Source of the DNA: Anaerolineales bacterium
GTDB taxonomy: Bacteria; Chloroflexota; Anaerolineae; Anaerolineales; UBA11579
Reading direction: 5' to 3'
Assembly (NCBI GenBank): GCA_026129255.1
Contig: JAHCIJ010000002.1
Span: 322,234-386,233, forward strand
DNA length: 64,000 nt
Below, in pieces: positions 62,313 to 64,000 of this stretch; within the stretch, counting starts at the first letter, position 1; the number at the start of each line of letters is the position of its first letter. The position numbers and the translations under genes were made by a program. The notes beneath the pieces are model-generated. The model ran no database searches, was not told where the DNA came from, and saw only the letters and a program-made list of their open reading frames with translations.

Positions 62313-62403
62313 GTGGGGTGTGGCTGGCTGCAGCCAGCCACACCCCACAGCGCGGCGATATCGCGCGCGTAGGCCTGGGCGAGGGGGAGCCCAGGCCTAT
62401 TTA
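62313..62403 (+). terminator. Two strong hairpins after the capsid gene
   Basis: gtggggtgtggctggc-tgca-gccagccacaccccac (16-bp stem), and taggcctgggc-gaggggga-gcccaggccta followed by ttt. Confidence 0.65.
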
Positions 62404-62462
62404 ATCCACCCTGTTTCTGTTTTTGATGTATAACTAATGAAACTAGATGGGGGCGAAAATTT

Positions 62463-64000
62463 TTGATTAGTAGAACTACTGCAGCTTTGCGATCATGGAG
62501 TACCTTTGCCTCACGGGCGGTGCGCTTTGCGCTGGTCCTGATGATCGGCGCTGAGGGGCCGCTGCTGGCGCTGCAAGTGCAGGGCGCCTCGCTGGAGGCT
62601 GCTGAGAGCCTGATCCCGCAGGAAGCCAGTACGTTTTATCCCGTTTACACAGATGTTGAATACACGCCGGATTACGGCACCACGCTCCAGAGGACGCTGC
62701 CTGCAAAAGAAGAGGCTGCGCTTGTCTTTGAGCTGATCGCCGAGCCCGGCCTGGTGGGCAAGGATGGGCTGCTCTCACTGCGTGTGCGCATTGTCAACAA
62801 CACGGGCGATGCGCTCAAGACGGTGCGCTTTGTGGATACGCTTGAGCCTGGGCTTGAGTTTGTTGATGCAGAGCCGCGCGAGGTGCAATACAACGCGCGG
62901 TTGCGAGAGGTTGTCTTCACGCAGGCGGAATTGGCGGCAGGGGCAACGCTTGAGATCAGGTTCAGGTTGCGCGTCACGGCGACTGATTTCACAGCGGATG
63001 AGATCTGGCTGCATACGGCCAATCTGGGCGTAGGCTCGCAGGAATACACAGCCAGCACGGTTTTCTCGGTCGGGGAGCTTTCGCTAGCGGCGCTTGAGCT
63101 CGGCGTAGTTTCGGAGCGCGGTGGCTGGGTGCAGGGCGAGCGCACGGCGATCTACTTCCCGGCGGATGCCGTGGCGGAGAGCGCTGTGGTGCGCGTGAGC
63201 GAGCTGGCGCAGCGTATTGCCGGCGGGCCGGAGTTGCAATTTGAGGTTGAGCTGCTGGGTGCGCCGGGGCTAGTGCAGGCGCAGGGCGTGGTTGAGGAAT
63301 CTCAGCGGATCGCGCTGGGCGAAGAACTGGAAGGCAGCCTCCGTGAGCCCGCTTTGCTCGAAGTCAGTTTTGATCCCATTGTGGACCTGAGCGCGATACC
63401 AGCAGGCAAGGAGCCGTATGTGGCCACCTATGACCCCGAGTACGAAGTGTGGGTCAAGGCGCCGATCGTGGCTGTGGATGCACACAGCAACACGGTGACG
63501 GTGGAGACCCATCACTTCTCCACCTGGGGCGGCGGGCTGGGCGACAGCCTGCCGCAGAATGGGGCAGGCGCCCTGTTGTTTGACCAGCCCTATACGGCGC
63601 TGTTCACGGGTGGTGCGCAATACTCGATCCCGATCTGGACGCCGCCGGGCAGAGCGGGCATGCAGCCGGATATCCGCCTGAGCTATTCGAGCCGCACGGT
63701 GGACGGTGTGCTGGGCGATGTGCAGGCGCCGTGGGTGGGCGTGGGCTGGAACATCGATGCGGTCGAGATCGTGCGCAAGATCACCACCAGCCCCACGGGC
63801 TATGGCTACGTCAATGAGTTTGCGCTGACGTTCAACGGTGAGGAGCACAAGCTGGTGGCCGATGCGCAGAACCCCAGCCGCTACTACACCGAGCGGGCCT
63901 CTTTTCTTTACATTGAGCGCCACAATGCGGCGTTGGAAAATGGGCCAGCCCCCAACACCACGGGGGAGTGGTGGGAGATCGTGGCCACGGATGGCACACG
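62463..64000 (+). CDS. 5' part of a giant secreted protein: signal peptide, DUF11-like repeat domain, SpvB/TcaC-N-like domain (RHS/YD-repeat toxin architecture expected downstream)
   Basis: Own translation; the frame is open from 62427 to the window end and is absent from the track. (TTG)ISRTTAALRSWSTFASRAVRFALVLMIGAEG...LRVRIVNNTGDALKTVRFVDTLEPGLEFVDAEP (DUF11-like) ...PPGRAGMQPDIRLSYSSRTVDGVLGDVQAPWVGVGWNI (SpvB-type motif). Confidence 0.65.
   Translation, partial: MISRTTAALRSWSTFASRAVRFALVLMIGAEGPLLALQVQGASLEAAESLIPQEASTFYPVYTDVEYTPDYGTTLQRTLPAKEEAALVFELIAEPGLVGKDGLLSLRVRIVNNTGDALKTVRFVDTLEPGLEFVDAEPREVQYNARLREVVFTQAELAAGATLEIRFRLRVTATDFTADEIWLHTANLGVGSQEYTASTVFSVGELSLAALELGVVSERGGWVQGERTAIYFPADAVAESAVVRVSELAQRIAGGPELQFEVELLGAPGLVQAQGVVEESQRIALGEELEGSLREPALLEVSFDPIVDLSAIPAGKEPYVATYDPEYEVWVKAPIVAVDAHSNTVTVETHHFSTWGGGLGDSLPQNGAGALLFDQPYTALFTGGAQYSIPIWTPPGRAGMQPDIRLSYSSRTVDGVLGDVQAPWVGVGWNIDAVEIVRKITTSPTGYGYVNEFALTFNGEEHKLVADAQNPSRYYTERASFLYIERHNAALENGPAPNTTGEWWEIVATDGT

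Noticed and set aside
1-64000. tRNA, rRNA, tmRNA, transposase and integrase genes
   Set aside because: I saw no T-loop-type GGTTCGAATCC/GTTCAAATC strings or rRNA-like segments in the intergenic regions. No ORF had DDE, tyrosine-recombinase or serine-recombinase motifs. This was a by-eye scan, so absence is not proven.

Overview
High-GC bacterial chromosomal window. Gene content and intergenic repeat families suggest a Chloroflexota-like organism, but that is inference only. I support about 65 protein-coding genes, all called from translated motifs. They fall into five groups. (1) Housekeeping: rpoD, yceD-like, rdgB, nfuA-like, trmB, typA/bipA, two cspA-family genes, a PduO-type adenosyltransferase. 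(2) Signalling: an HD-GYP protein, two membrane GGDEF cyclases, an FHA-GAF class III cyclase, a HisKA_3 kinase, an orphan receiver, an ECF sigma/anti-sigma pair. (3) Denitrification: a nirK (cupredoxin-fused lipoprotein) and nnrS pair. (4) Transport: a PotABCD-like ABC transporter and an orphan modB. (5) Envelope: many secreted or lipoproteins, including four tandem SH3b paralogs, an NBR1-Ig protein, two zincin lipoproteins, a 796-aa beta-helix protein, and the 5' end of an SpvB/RHS-type giant protein. I recognised no rRNA, tRNA, CRISPR array, transposase or integrase. The most unusual signal is four apparently intact phage head-assembly genes: large terminase, putative portal, scaffold-like and an SU10/DUF5309-type major capsid. 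They are dispersed over about 25 kb among ordinary cellular genes instead of forming a prophage. All four are preceded by the same AAAGGGGGA ribosome-binding context. No tail, lysis or integration genes are visible, so a domesticated or GTA-like capsid system is a candidate. Second, the intergenic space is unusually rich in repeats. There are large tandem units (216 bp x2, about 303 bp x2, about 98 bp x5), nested GC-rich palindromic elements, heptamer-phased (STRR-like) tracts, and a recurring pattern in which the 3' end of a gene is tandemly re-copied just downstream. Other points are a 44-bp perfect palindrome next to a low-GC wHTH gene inserted between two Pr6Pr paralogs with lysine-rich tails, a frameshifted doc toxin module, and two promoter-plus-terminator leaders (yceD-rpoD and the ABC transporter). 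Many long ORFs in the supplied track are antisense artefacts of high GC and were not called.
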